A program made the position numbers and the translations under genes. A stretch of DNA of 64,000 bases from Patescibacteria group bacterium. GTDB taxonomy: Bacteria > Patescibacteriota > Minisyncoccia > Phycocordibacterales > Phycocordibacteraceae. This document shows, one piece after another, positions 18,918 through 28,004 of the stretch. The first letter of the stretch is position 1; the number at the start of each line of letters is the position of its first letter. The DNA is taken from the NCBI GenBank assembly GCA_040388985.1, contig JAZKAU010000003.1, positions 24,557-88,556 on the forward strand, written 5' to 3'. A model generated the notes under the pieces. That model ran no database searches and was not told the origin of the DNA. It saw only the letters and a list, made by a program, of their open reading frames with translations.

Positions 18918-19643
18918 ATGCTAGTAGCTATGAGTGATACTGAACACGCCATCATACAGAAGCGGGAGACGTGGATCCTGCCGGGAGCCATACTGGCAGC
19001 CGGCCTTCTGCTCGCCATCGCGCTCTTCGTGCTCCGCCATCACACGGCGCCAGGGTCTGTCGTCGCTGACCTCTCCCTGCTCCGGCCTGTGAATGCTCAG
19101 GACCATATCGTCGGGAGTCCGGATGCGCCGGTCAAGCTCGTCGAATACTCGGATATCGATTCCTCCTATTCAAAGTCGTTCCAGGAGACCATGGAGCAGC
19201 TCATGAGCGAATATGCCGCTGGGGGGAAAGTCGCCTGGGTATACCGCCATCTTCCGCTCATAGACCAACATGTGCATGCTGCCGATCACGCCGAGGCGGC
19301 TGAGTGCATCGCGTCCCTGGGCGGTCCTAACATCTTCTGGCGCTTTATCAGCGCGCTCAATGCGCAGGCGCCCGGCGACCTTCAGTTCGATCCAGGCCAG
19401 TATGACAGCGTCGTGCAGTCGCTCGGCATCCTTCCGCAGAGTTTCGATGCCTGCGTAAATGCGCATACCTATCAGCAACGCGTGGCAGATGACTTCAGCA
19501 ACGGGCTCGCCATAGGCGCAGGCGGCAGCCCGTTCTCCGTACTTCTCGTGAAAGGTCAGCCGCCGGTGACCATAAACGGCGCTGTTCCATATGACGGCAT
19601 GAAGAGGATACTTGATAAGGCGACTTCGCAGGTTGGACAATAA
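18918..19643 (+). CDS. DsbA/BdbD-like thioredoxin-fold protein with a degenerate active site
   Basis: N-terminal TM anchor. VKLVEYSDIDSSYSKSF aligns to the DsbA motif V.VVEF.DY.CPxC..F, but both cysteines are replaced, giving SSYS. A cis-Pro-like SPFSVL follows. Confidence 0.55.
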   Translation: MLVAMSDTEHAIIQKRETWILPGAILAAGLLLAIALFVLRHHTAPGSVVADLSLLRPVNAQDHIVGSPDAPVKLVEYSDIDSSYSKSFQETMEQLMSEYAAGGKVAWVYRHLPLIDQHVHAADHAEAAECIASLGGPNIFWRFISALNAQAPGDLQFDPGQYDSVVQSLGILPQSFDACVNAHTYQQRVADDFSNGLAIGAGGSPFSVLLVKGQPPVTINGAVPYDGMKRILDKATSQVGQ

Positions 19644-19739
19644 GGTTCGTCAGATCGAATCGTCCAATCGAGCATGTCTGTCATACAGTCGCTTCATGAG
19701 AATGTGCCGTCCCGTACGTCTATTACCTAACAATCATCT

Positions 19740-20648
19740 ATGCAAAAGAAATACCTGTATCCGCTTATGGCAATCATATTCGCGGGAGCCGTCAGTCTGT
19801 ACGGGCCTGCGGTCTATGCTTCCGTCTGGAGTGCATATGCTCCTTTCACGGTCGGATTGGCGAGTAGTAGCACACCCTTCCTGTCAGTGGGTGCCGACGG
19901 GAAGGTCGGCATCGGGACTGCTGCACCGATCTCGCTCCTTACGGTCCAAGGAACCGAGGCCTTCATTACGCTTAAGAAATCCCTGACTGGTCAGACCTGG
20001 CAGATTCGTAATGGCGGGGGCGGGACCTTCGATAGCGCGCTTGATTTCTATGACCCAGTCTCGCATACGTCGGCACTTACGATCGGAAGTAATGGAAACG
20101 TATCGATGGGTACTACGACCATAGCGACGAACAGCAGGCTCTATGTCTTCGGTGGCCCGACGGGAGCTAATATCGACGTGCGCGGAGACAACCGAGTATA
20201 CGCCGGGGACCAGGCGACGCTCGAACTTGAGGGCAATGACTACGACACGACGCCTAATTCCCTGGTCATGCAGTATTACGGCGCAGGAGGAGTCGGTAAC
20301 ACGATGGGATTCTCGAACAATCACCTTGGCGTCATCGAATTCAACAACGCGCGCGCAGGAGTGATATTTACAGCGGGTGGTGAGAACGCTCCGCTTGTCT
20401 TCGGGACCGACGCCATGGAACGTATGCGCATCGCCGGAAACGGAAATGTCGGCATCGGAAGCTTGGATCCTCAGGGCAAGCTGCAGGTAACTGCGGGCGC
20501 GAATGCCACGACAACGATATCTGTCGGCGAACGCAATGTCACGACCTCAAAGTCATGTGTGAATATGAATCGTAGTGACGGCGGTCCGGCAAGCTTCTAT
20601 ATCAATGCGGATGGGGTCATGGTAGTCGAAAAGGCGTACTGCAAGTGA
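19740..20648 (+). CDS. Secreted repeat protein (tail-fibre/collar-like G-rich beta repeats)
   Basis: Signal peptide MQKKYLYPLMAIIFAGAVSLYGPAVYA. Repeated motifs GKVGIGTAAP and GNGNVGIGSLDPQGKLQV, with a C-terminal Cys pair. Confidence 0.5.
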   Translation: MQKKYLYPLMAIIFAGAVSLYGPAVYASVWSAYAPFTVGLASSSTPFLSVGADGKVGIGTAAPISLLTVQGTEAFITLKKSLTGQTWQIRNGGGGTFDSALDFYDPVSHTSALTIGSNGNVSMGTTTIATNSRLYVFGGPTGANIDVRGDNRVYAGDQATLELEGNDYDTTPNSLVMQYYGAGGVGNTMGFSNNHLGVIEFNNARAGVIFTAGGENAPLVFGTDAMERMRIAGNGNVGIGSLDPQGKLQVTAGANATTTISVGERNVTTSKSCVNMNRSDGGPASFYINADGVMVVEKAYCK

Positions 20649-20989
20649 CCTTGGAAGGCTGCCACTCCAATAACGATAGGTGGCGCAATGAAAACCAGCA
20701 TTGACAATTCATAGGCAAGTGGAATACTTACATCATCTAGCAATAATATATTCCCTATATTTGAATCAGCTGCCGGATCGAGTGTTCCAGAAGAGTCTGT
20801 GGGTGGAGCATCCACTCCGTCCCCAGAATCTAAAGTAGAAGAAGTCCCGACTGTCGAACACATAATACGAGTTACCGACTCTCAGGGAAACTATATCGGC
20901 AATGCGAAGAGTCAGGCCGAAGTGAAGCAAATGATAGAGGCTCATATGACTGCAGTTCGAGAGAACGCGTAAAGAAAGATGGAAATAAG

Positions 20990-21018
20990 AAAAGGCCCGG
21001 GCTTCGCCCGGGCCTTTT
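20990..21018. terminator. Bidirectional rho-independent terminator
   Basis: aaaaggcccgggcttcgcccgggcctttt lies immediately downstream of the helicase gene, which is on the minus strand. Confidence 0.7.
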
Positions 21019-21032
21019 CTTATTTCTAAGTC

Positions 21033-23852
21033 TTACTTGAAAAGCTCAAGCAAACCGTCGTAGTCCGAAGGCTCCCCTTCCCGCCATGTCCCGGTCAGCA
21101 GCTCGCCCATCACTGCTTCGAGAGTCGCGAGCAGGTCTTCGCGCGTCTCGTCATCGAGCGGCACCGGATATTCCTTCACGCCTTCGGTACCGACCTGGAT
21201 GATGGCAGCGCCGGTAGGAGCGTGGCCGTTTGCGCGCAGGAGAAGGTCGTAGAAGGCCAGCTGGCGGGCGTATTTCTCGTCCTTGATATGGATGTCGCTC
21301 GAGGTCTTGAAGTCGATGATGCGCTCGCCGCCCTGCGTCTCGAACACGGCATCAATCTTCCCTTGCAGCTTTATGGACTCCCCCGCGAATTCGCGAGTGA
21401 GCGTGAAGACTTTCTCAATAGCTGCAGTCTCGGGTATGGCATCCAGCGCCAGATAACTCGCGAGGCTCTGACGGCTGTGTTCCACGATGCGCTCATAGGC
21501 GGCGTTGCGCGGCAGCAAGGAGCGCTTGAGGCATCCTTCGAGCGCGGCATAGGCTTTGGCATCAATCTTGGTCGAGAGGTATTCCGCAATACCTGCATGA
21601 ACGGCGGTACCAATGGTGGCCGCAGGCGACTCCGGCTCATGAAGCCGCAGGACACGCCGAGCGAAGAAGGTGGGCGGAGATTCCAGATACTCGTTAAATG
21701 CTGAAGGCGAGAGACCTTCTACCGTGAGGAATCGCTTCACGAGCGCGTTCACGGCAGGGAGAGGCTCTATCGTCGTGTGCAGGAGTGGCAATGGATCGAA
21801 GGAGGACGTGATAGCCGGTAAACCCTCCGGAATAAGCACGGACGGCGGCGTATCGCGTCCGTCGCCGTTCTCGGCGCTGTACGACAGAATGACGGAATCC
21901 TTCGCGCGCGTAAGCGCCACGTAGAAGAGCTTGGTCACGTCCTCAAGCGATCGGCTCTGGTCGACCGGTGAAGGTATCTTCGCCGGAAGTCCCCCTTTCT
22001 CCCAGGCGCGCGCCGTGAGGCCCACGATGAAGACATCCTTGAATTCCATCCCTTTGGCCTTATGCGCGGTAATGATGGTCACCTTCCCTTCTTCGGTCGT
22101 TACGCTCGTCTTCACGCTCTCAAGTCCGTGTTCATGCGCCTTCGTGAAGGCTTCGACGACCCGGGCGAAGCTCTGGCCGGGATCTCGCGCGACTATCTCC
22201 TCCAGGTGCATGAATACCCGGCGCAGGAGCTGCACGTCCTCGAAATGATCCGCGTGCGAGAGGACGTAGTCGCGCGCTCCTGTCTGCGCGAGCAGCTGCG
22301 ACAGGAGCGGGAGCGGAGCAGTTGCGAGCGCAGCGTTCTGGAGCTCGCGCAGCGAGGCCGCAAGTTCCGGATATCCGTTCTCAAGCGACGTCCATAGTTC
22401 CCGATCGCGATTTTTCAGAAGCAGGCTCGCCCGGTCCTCAAGGCTCATAGGCCACCAGGGCGCGAGCAGCGCCTCGCGCAGCGCCGCTATATCGAGCGGA
22501 TTGGCAACCGCGCGCATAAGCGCGAGCACGGAGCGCATGAAGGGGCGGCTTGAGAGCATCACGTCGCCGGCGCGCAGTATCGGAATTCCCATAGCTCCCA
22601 GATGCTCGGCGAAAAGATTCGCCGTCGCGTTGCGGCTTGAGATGATGGCTATCTCATGGGGTAGCGTGCCGTCCGCGATAAGCGCCTCTACGAGGCGCGC
22701 CACTTGGTCGCGCTCAGCGAGCGGATCGGGGGCGGTCAGGAGTTCTATCTTGGCCTCTCCATCGCGCGAGCTTGCGAGCGGCTGATGCTCTCCTGTGGAG
22801 GCCGGGACGGCTTGTATGAGCGTGTGTGAGGCGTCGAGGACGCCCTGGAGGGAGCGGTAACTCTGCGTCAGGTATACCAGCTCGGTTCGCGGATACTGCT
22901 CTATGAAGGTTCCGAAATGCGAGGAGTCGGCGCCTTGGAAGCGGTAGATGGCCTGTTTCTCATCCCCCACCACGAAGATGTTCGGATGCTCGTCGTAGGC
23001 CATGCAGTCGAGGAAGGCATGCTGCAGCGCATTGGCGTCCTGGTGCTCGTCGGCGAGCACATATTGATATTGCTCCTGCACGCTCGCGCGCAGATCAGCG
23101 TCCGCGCGCAGACCATCCACCGCGATACGTAGCACGTCCGCGAAGTCGTACACATCTCGCTTCTCCTTGAGCGCCTCGTACGCCTCTATGAGCCGCGCAG
23201 CCTCCTCGCCCTTCTGGAGTCGCTCAAGCTTCTTCGCGCCTTCGGGCTTGAAGTCCCCTTTCTTGCCGTACTTGCTATCGCGCGCGTAGTAGAGGCTCTC
23301 ATCAACTCGGATACGGTCTCCTTCAGCTTCGAGCCAGGCGCGGTAGTCAGAAAGGCTAATGCGCTCACGCAGCAGGTCGTCACGCAAGCGCGCGAGGTCG
23401 CGCAGATAGAAATACGGAGACTTTGCAGTACGCAGCGCGACTAAGTCTTCGGTCTCAAGCACCTCGCGCCAGAGCAGCGTACTCTCCACGTCCCCTGCCA
23501 GGCGCTTCCCGCGCGCCTCCGGGAATGAATCCGCATAAGTCGAGAGCAAGTGTTCGGCGAAGCCGTGGAAGGTCGCGATATAGACTTCGCGCGCTGCCGT
23601 CTCGCCGATAAGCGTGCCGAGCCGTTTACGGATGGTGCGCGCAGCCGACTCCGTGAAGGTGAGCGCGAGGATATTCGTCGCGTTCGCCTGCGTAAGGCGG
23701 AGAATGTTGGCGATACGTAGCGTGAGGATATGCGTCTTCCCGGTCCCGGGGCCCGCGATGACCATGACCGGCCCTTCCACCGTATCCACCGCCTTCTTCT
23801 GCGCCGGATTCAGCCTTTGGTATGCCTCGTCGAATGCCGTGGTGTCCTGCAT
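21033..23852 (-). CDS. UvrD/PcrA-family helicase fused to a C-terminal PD-(D/E)XK (RecB/AddA-like) nuclease
   Basis: Walker A VIAGPGTGKTH, helicase motifs (TFTESAA, YQYVLADEHQDAN, VVGDEKQAIYRFQGA) and a C-terminal IDAVFE...IIDFKTSS...QLAFYDLLL nuclease motif. Confidence 0.85.
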   Translation of the reverse strand: MQDTTAFDEAYQRLNPAQKKAVDTVEGPVMVIAGPGTGKTHILTLRIANILRLTQANATNILALTFTESAARTIRKRLGTLIGETAAREVYIATFHGFAEHLLSTYADSFPEARGKRLAGDVESTLLWREVLETEDLVALRTAKSPYFYLRDLARLRDDLLRERISLSDYRAWLEAEGDRIRVDESLYYARDSKYGKKGDFKPEGAKKLERLQKGEEAARLIEAYEALKEKRDVYDFADVLRIAVDGLRADADLRASVQEQYQYVLADEHQDANALQHAFLDCMAYDEHPNIFVVGDEKQAIYRFQGADSSHFGTFIEQYPRTELVYLTQSYRSLQGVLDASHTLIQAVPASTGEHQPLASSRDGEAKIELLTAPDPLAERDQVARLVEALIADGTLPHEIAIISSRNATANLFAEHLGAMGIPILRAGDVMLSSRPFMRSVLALMRAVANPLDIAALREALLAPWWPMSLEDRASLLLKNRDRELWTSLENGYPELAASLRELQNAALATAPLPLLSQLLAQTGARDYVLSHADHFEDVQLLRRVFMHLEEIVARDPGQSFARVVEAFTKAHEHGLESVKTSVTTEEGKVTIITAHKAKGMEFKDVFIVGLTARAWEKGGLPAKIPSPVDQSRSLEDVTKLFYVALTRAKDSVILSYSAENGDGRDTPPSVLIPEGLPAITSSFDPLPLLHTTIEPLPAVNALVKRFLTVEGLSPSAFNEYLESPPTFFARRVLRLHEPESPAATIGTAVHAGIAEYLSTKIDAKAYAALEGCLKRSLLPRNAAYERIVEHSRQSLASYLALDAIPETAAIEKVFTLTREFAGESIKLQGKIDAVFETQGGERIIDFKTSSDIHIKDEKYARQLAFYDLLLRANGHAPTGAAIIQVGTEGVKEYPVPLDDETREDLLATLEAVMGELLTGTWREGEPSDYDGLLELFK

Positions 23853-23945
23853 ATATTCCCAGTGTACCAGGCTCTGCCAAGGGGCTTAATGGCGGGAATT
23901 CTTGTGGTATCGTGATTGCGGGACAAAGTGTCCGGGAGGTAAGCC

Positions 23946-24089
23946 ATGCAAAAGAATCGGAAGCGCCGCATCGACTGGAGAATCTTCGGCGGCCTCATGG
24001 GTATCGGCTCGTTGCTGATAGTCGGAGGTGTTGCAGTATTCGTTGTCGACCAGCTCAGCGATGACGGGTTGGGCAGCGAAGCGGCGTAG
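23946..24089 (+). CDS. Candidate small membrane protein (47 aa)
   Basis: GGGAGG sits 6 nt upstream of the ATG. The product has one TM helix, IFGGLMGIGSLLIVGGVAVFVV, and is basic at the N-terminus. Confidence 0.3.
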   Translation: MQKNRKRRIDWRIFGGLMGIGSLLIVGGVAVFVVDQLSDDGLGSEAA

Positions 24090-24175
24090 GACGCAAGCCA
24101 GGCACGAACGAGCACAGCCAGCGCGCAGCGCCACACAAGCTCGCCGGAGGGTGATTCCTTCCGGCGGCTTTGCTT

Positions 24176-24733
24176 TTAATACCGATACCTATGCAGTTCG
24201 CAGCGCTTATTTTTATAGTCGAGGATAGTGCGGGCGACCTGCGCCCAGAAGCGCGCGGAGTGATTATGTTCGCGCACGTGGCAGAGCTCATGGACGATAA
24301 GATAGTCAGCGAGGTCTGGCGGCAGGTGCGCGATGCGGTAGTTGAAGGATAGGTTGCCCGCTGCCGAACAGCTTCCCCACCGCGTCTTCTGATTGCGTAT
24401 CGAGAGCGTGCCGTACGGAAATTCGTAGAGCGCGTTGAAATACTGGAGGCGCTCGCGAGCGAGCGCTCGCGCAGCTTCCACCGCTTCCTTGTATCCTCTC
24501 GTGCCGCGGCGCAACCGCGGCAGTTCTATTCCCTCCTCTCGCTTACCTGAATTCTTACGCTTCCTGAACGCCTCTCGTGCTTTCTCTATCCAGGCCTCCT
24601 TCTCCCGCACCCACTTCTCCACCGCTCTCATACCGACTCTCGCGGGCTTCGTGACCACAACCCGTCCGTCCGGAAACACCGAGATGCGCAGGTGCCTTGC
24701 TCGCGCACTCTCCCTAATTTCTAAGCCTTCCAT
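24176..24733 (-). CDS. YgjP/DUF45-family zinc metallohydrolase (M48/WLM-like HExxH)
   Basis: Motif HELCHVREHNHSARFW. Confidence 0.65.
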   Translation of the reverse strand: MEGLEIRESARARHLRISVFPDGRVVVTKPARVGMRAVEKWVREKEAWIEKAREAFRKRKNSGKREEGIELPRLRRGTRGYKEAVEAARALARERLQYFNALYEFPYGTLSIRNQKTRWGSCSAAGNLSFNYRIAHLPPDLADYLIVHELCHVREHNHSARFWAQVARTILDYKNKRCELHRYRY

Positions 24734-24807
24734 ATTCCCATCCTACAAGACATAATGGAAGGTTTCTTATCTCTAGGTATTGCATCTTTAAATCGTAGAT
24801 ATATACT

Positions 24808-25362
24808 TCATCTATCACCACGAGAAGCGCCCTGCGAGGTTCCGTCCTCTCGGGGTTCTTTTCTTTTATAGGCAAGCTTTGGGTGTAGATCATTCATAAA
24901 GGCAAGGTAGCCTGATTCAAGACGCTTAAGCAATACAGAATATTTATATTGATTAGGAATCAATAATTTCCTGAGCTTCTTCTGTTCGACCAGGTATTTT
25001 ACTAAGCAGTGAAAATCACCATCGCCGGTTACTAGTACCGCCTGCCCGTAGTTAGGATATTCAATCATGGCATTAAGGACTAGCTCGGCATCTACGTTAC
25101 CCTTGGTGCTACCGTCCCGGTATCTGAGCGTCGGTTTAAATATACAGATAAACCCTGATTCTTGGAGCCTCGTATACAGATCAGCATTACCTTCTACGTA
25201 TCCTATAAACAAATAAGCCTTCTCAACGCCATATTTCTCAGTCAGATATATGCGAAAGCGACGCATATCCAGTTTCCAACCAAGAGCGCGAATGCTCAAA
25301 TATAGATTCTGACTATCGATAAATGCATAATTCTCCTTCTTCCTCGACATACGGTAAAGCAT
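24808..25362 (-). CDS. NYN-domain (LabA-like, PIN-fold) predicted RNase
   Basis: AFIDSQNLY ... NVDAELVLNAM ... VLVTGDGDF matches the NYN/COG1432 pattern. The local sequence is AT-rich. Confidence 0.65.
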   Translation of the reverse strand: MLYRMSRKKENYAFIDSQNLYLSIRALGWKLDMRRFRIYLTEKYGVEKAYLFIGYVEGNADLYTRLQESGFICIFKPTLRYRDGSTKGNVDAELVLNAMIEYPNYGQAVLVTGDGDFHCLVKYLVEQKKLRKLLIPNQYKYSVLLKRLESGYLAFMNDLHPKLAYKRKEPREDGTSQGASRGDR

Positions 25363-25493
25363 ATCGAGATATAGGTAACCAATATCTCAAGAAAATATGG
25401 GCCAAAGATGAGCGCCGGTGGTATCTGCACACTTATCCTGTGAATAAAGGGTTGAGGCATTCCGAGCTTACTCCAGCATGCTACTCTTTTGAC

Positions 25494-25949
25494 ATGGATA
25501 TCGCCTTCGACTCAAAAGCTATAAAAGACCGGACCTTCGTCCTGGCCTTCTTTACCCTCTTCTTCCTCATCGCGCCGGGCATCGCCGGCATCTATCTCTA
25601 TTTCCCTGCGTATATAGTCGAACTCGACTCGATAAAGCTCATCCTCCTCTCAGTGACCTGCACCATGCCTATAGCGGTACTTAACGCCATAACCATAGGC
25701 ATGTGCGAACGCCGGCAGAAGGAACGGCGGGATGACCTGTTCCATGATTTCGTCTTCGGGACCATCGTGAGCGGCACGCTCATATATTTCGTTGTGATCC
25801 TCTCGCACCTCATGCACTGGTCAGTACCCCGGCTCGGCGCTCTCCTCCTCGTCGTCGAGATCCTGACCATCCTGGGCATCTGGCTGAACGGCAAGCGTGC
25901 CCACAAGCTCCTCCTGCGCCGCACCACCGAGGACGAAGAAGCTATCTAA
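25494..25949 (+). CDS. Hypothetical membrane protein
   Basis: 4 TM helices. The start is placed at an internal ATG to avoid overlapping the NYN gene. The longer ORF from 25323 remains possible. Confidence 0.35.
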   Translation: MDIAFDSKAIKDRTFVLAFFTLFFLIAPGIAGIYLYFPAYIVELDSIKLILLSVTCTMPIAVLNAITIGMCERRQKERRDDLFHDFVFGTIVSGTLIYFVVILSHLMHWSVPRLGALLLVVEILTILGIWLNGKRAHKLLLRRTTEDEEAI

Positions 25950-26296
25950 GTATCAAAGCTGCCTCAAGGCAGCACGTAACCCAGGCCTATAAATAAGAAG
26001 AGTCCGTATCGCCGCCGGCGACACGAACCCCTTTCTACAAGCACTGCGACTGCGACTACTCGCCGTCGCTCGAGCCGCGCTCGGCGGAATAATGCGGATG
26101 GCGCCTGTGCCCAGGCCGATAGCTCGCGCCCATATGCGCCGGCCTCGGATCGGGCCGACGGTTACCGCGGTTATTCCCCTTGCTCCAGCTGCTATTGCTC
26201 ATTGCAATCCTCTCCCCTATTACAGGACTTCACAAAACACCGGCCCTTCTGGACCGGATTTCCCCATACTAAACCACACTTCCCCCCGTGTCAAAG

Positions 26297-26716
26297 TCAA
26301 TCTTCTATTTCCAATAAGAAATTCTTTATCTTCTCGAAAGCCGCGAGCTTCTTCTTTTCAGTCAGCTCGTGCTCCCATACGCGCATGACTCGCCACCCGT
26401 TCCTTCTGAGACGTGCGAGTGTCCTTCGGTCACGCTTGATATTCGCCTCGATCTTGTCCTGCCAATAGACCTTGGGGAGCTTGTGCTTCCAATCCGGAAA
26501 ACGATATCCGTGCCAGAAATCTCCGTCTATGAAGATGGCGAGCTTCTTGCTCGGTACTGCTACGTCCGGACTTCCTGATACCCGCTTATAATGCCGTTGG
26601 AAATGTATCCTCTCCTTCCGCAGGTATCGGAACACCTTCATCTCCGGCTTCGTTCCTTTGGGCCGGATGCGAGACATTACTTCGCTCCTCTTCTCTTTCG
26701 TGAAGATATCAGCCAT
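26297..26716 (-). CDS. vsr: Very-short-patch repair endonuclease Vsr
   Basis: Vsr motifs MADIFTKEKRSEVMSRI and FIDGDFWHG, with a size near 139 aa. It overlaps the upstream C5-MTase gene by 8 nt, the classic dcm-vsr arrangement. Confidence 0.75.
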   Translation of the reverse strand: MADIFTKEKRSEVMSRIRPKGTKPEMKVFRYLRKERIHFQRHYKRVSGSPDVAVPSKKLAIFIDGDFWHGYRFPDWKHKLPKVYWQDKIEANIKRDRRTLARLRRNGWRVMRVWEHELTEKKKLAAFEKIKNFLLEIED

Positions 26717-27959
26717 CCGCTCTCTTGATGAGTTCCCTGCCAAGACGTTCGACTATGCCGACCACGAGCGCATTGCCCATGAAGAATGCACGCTGGTTAT
26801 CTGATGCTCCAGCGGTGTGGTTCTCGGGAAACATATTCAGCTTCTCGAGCTCGAGAGGGATGAGCCGGCGATAACGTCCTGAGCTAGTACGTATGACATG
26901 TTTGAAGCGTGACGCGCCGGATCCTCCCTCACCGGTAACGATGGTGCGCGACGGCTTATCGAGCGGATCGGGGAACGCCATCGATCCTTCCGAATAGTTA
27001 TATTTGAATCCATCCTTGCTCCTACGTTCTTCCGTCTTACCGCTTTTATGCCTTCTCCATTCCTCGAGCCTATCCTTAGGTATGAAATACTCTTCAGGGA
27101 TCTTGCTTTCAGGGACTACTATATGCTTCAGGAAGGTGCTTTCCCCTTCATAATTGGGCATGATCTTTACGGTCAAGACGTTTCCGTCTATCATGACCCC
27201 GGCATTGTGGAATATGCTGGCTTTGCTGTTCAGATTCAGCTTGGATTCGACTTCATTCGCGACAGGCAGCTGAATCGTATCTATGGAGCCGCCCAGAGGA
27301 TGAATCGGGAAGGCCTTCGGCATCACGCCTGCTTTCATTAGCCAGCCGAGAGCATCCTTCTTGATGGCTTGATACTGAGTGGTTCCTTTCTTATAGCCAA
27401 GGATATACACTCTGCGTCTGCGCTGCGGCATCCCGTAATCCGCAGCGTTTATCACTCTCCACTCGATCGCATAGCCGAGCTCGGCGAGCGAGGCGAGCAT
27501 GATGGCGAAGTCCCTTCCCCTCTTGGACACGGGAGATTTCAATAACCGGTCGACGTTCTCTAGCATAAGATATCTCGGCGCTTTCTTTCCTTTCTCTCGC
27601 AGGATCCGATATATCTCCCACCAGAGAACGCCTTTCTTGCCGACGAGTCCGGCCGCCTGACTCAAGGTCCGCGCTACGGAGTAATCCTGGCATGGGAAAC
27701 CTCCGACCAGGAGATCGTGATCAGGAATCTCATCGACAGGCACATCGGAGATATCAGTATTCGTGAATCTGCGCCTGGAGGACTGAGGTTCATGACCGAA
27801 TACGCGGCAATATGTCGTCCAGGCATGCTGGGAAGAATCCGGCTTACCCGGCTCCCATTGGTTGAACCAGACGGTATCGAAATCCTTCGAGGCTCGTTCG
27901 AAACCGACTCTGAAACCTCCGACTCCTGCGAACAGCTCAGCGACGCGCAATCTTTTCAT
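26709..27959 (-). CDS. dcm: DNA (cytosine-5)-methyltransferase
   Basis: Motif I ELFAGVGG, motif IV GGFPCQDYS and motif VI ENV. At 416 aa its size matches M.Sau3AI-type enzymes. Confidence 0.9.
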   Translation of the reverse strand: MKRLRVAELFAGVGGFRVGFERASKDFDTVWFNQWEPGKPDSSQHAWTTYCRVFGHEPQSSRRRFTNTDISDVPVDEIPDHDLLVGGFPCQDYSVARTLSQAAGLVGKKGVLWWEIYRILREKGKKAPRYLMLENVDRLLKSPVSKRGRDFAIMLASLAELGYAIEWRVINAADYGMPQRRRRVYILGYKKGTTQYQAIKKDALGWLMKAGVMPKAFPIHPLGGSIDTIQLPVANEVESKLNLNSKASIFHNAGVMIDGNVLTVKIMPNYEGESTFLKHIVVPESKIPEEYFIPKDRLEEWRRHKSGKTEERRSKDGFKYNYSEGSMAFPDPLDKPSRTIVTGEGGSGASRFKHVIRTSSGRYRRLIPLELEKLNMFPENHTAGASDNQRAFFMGNALVVGIVERLGRELIKRADG

Positions 27960-28004
27960 AACCCTATTCTATACAAGTATCCGGAATCGATCAAGCCCTT
28001 GCTG

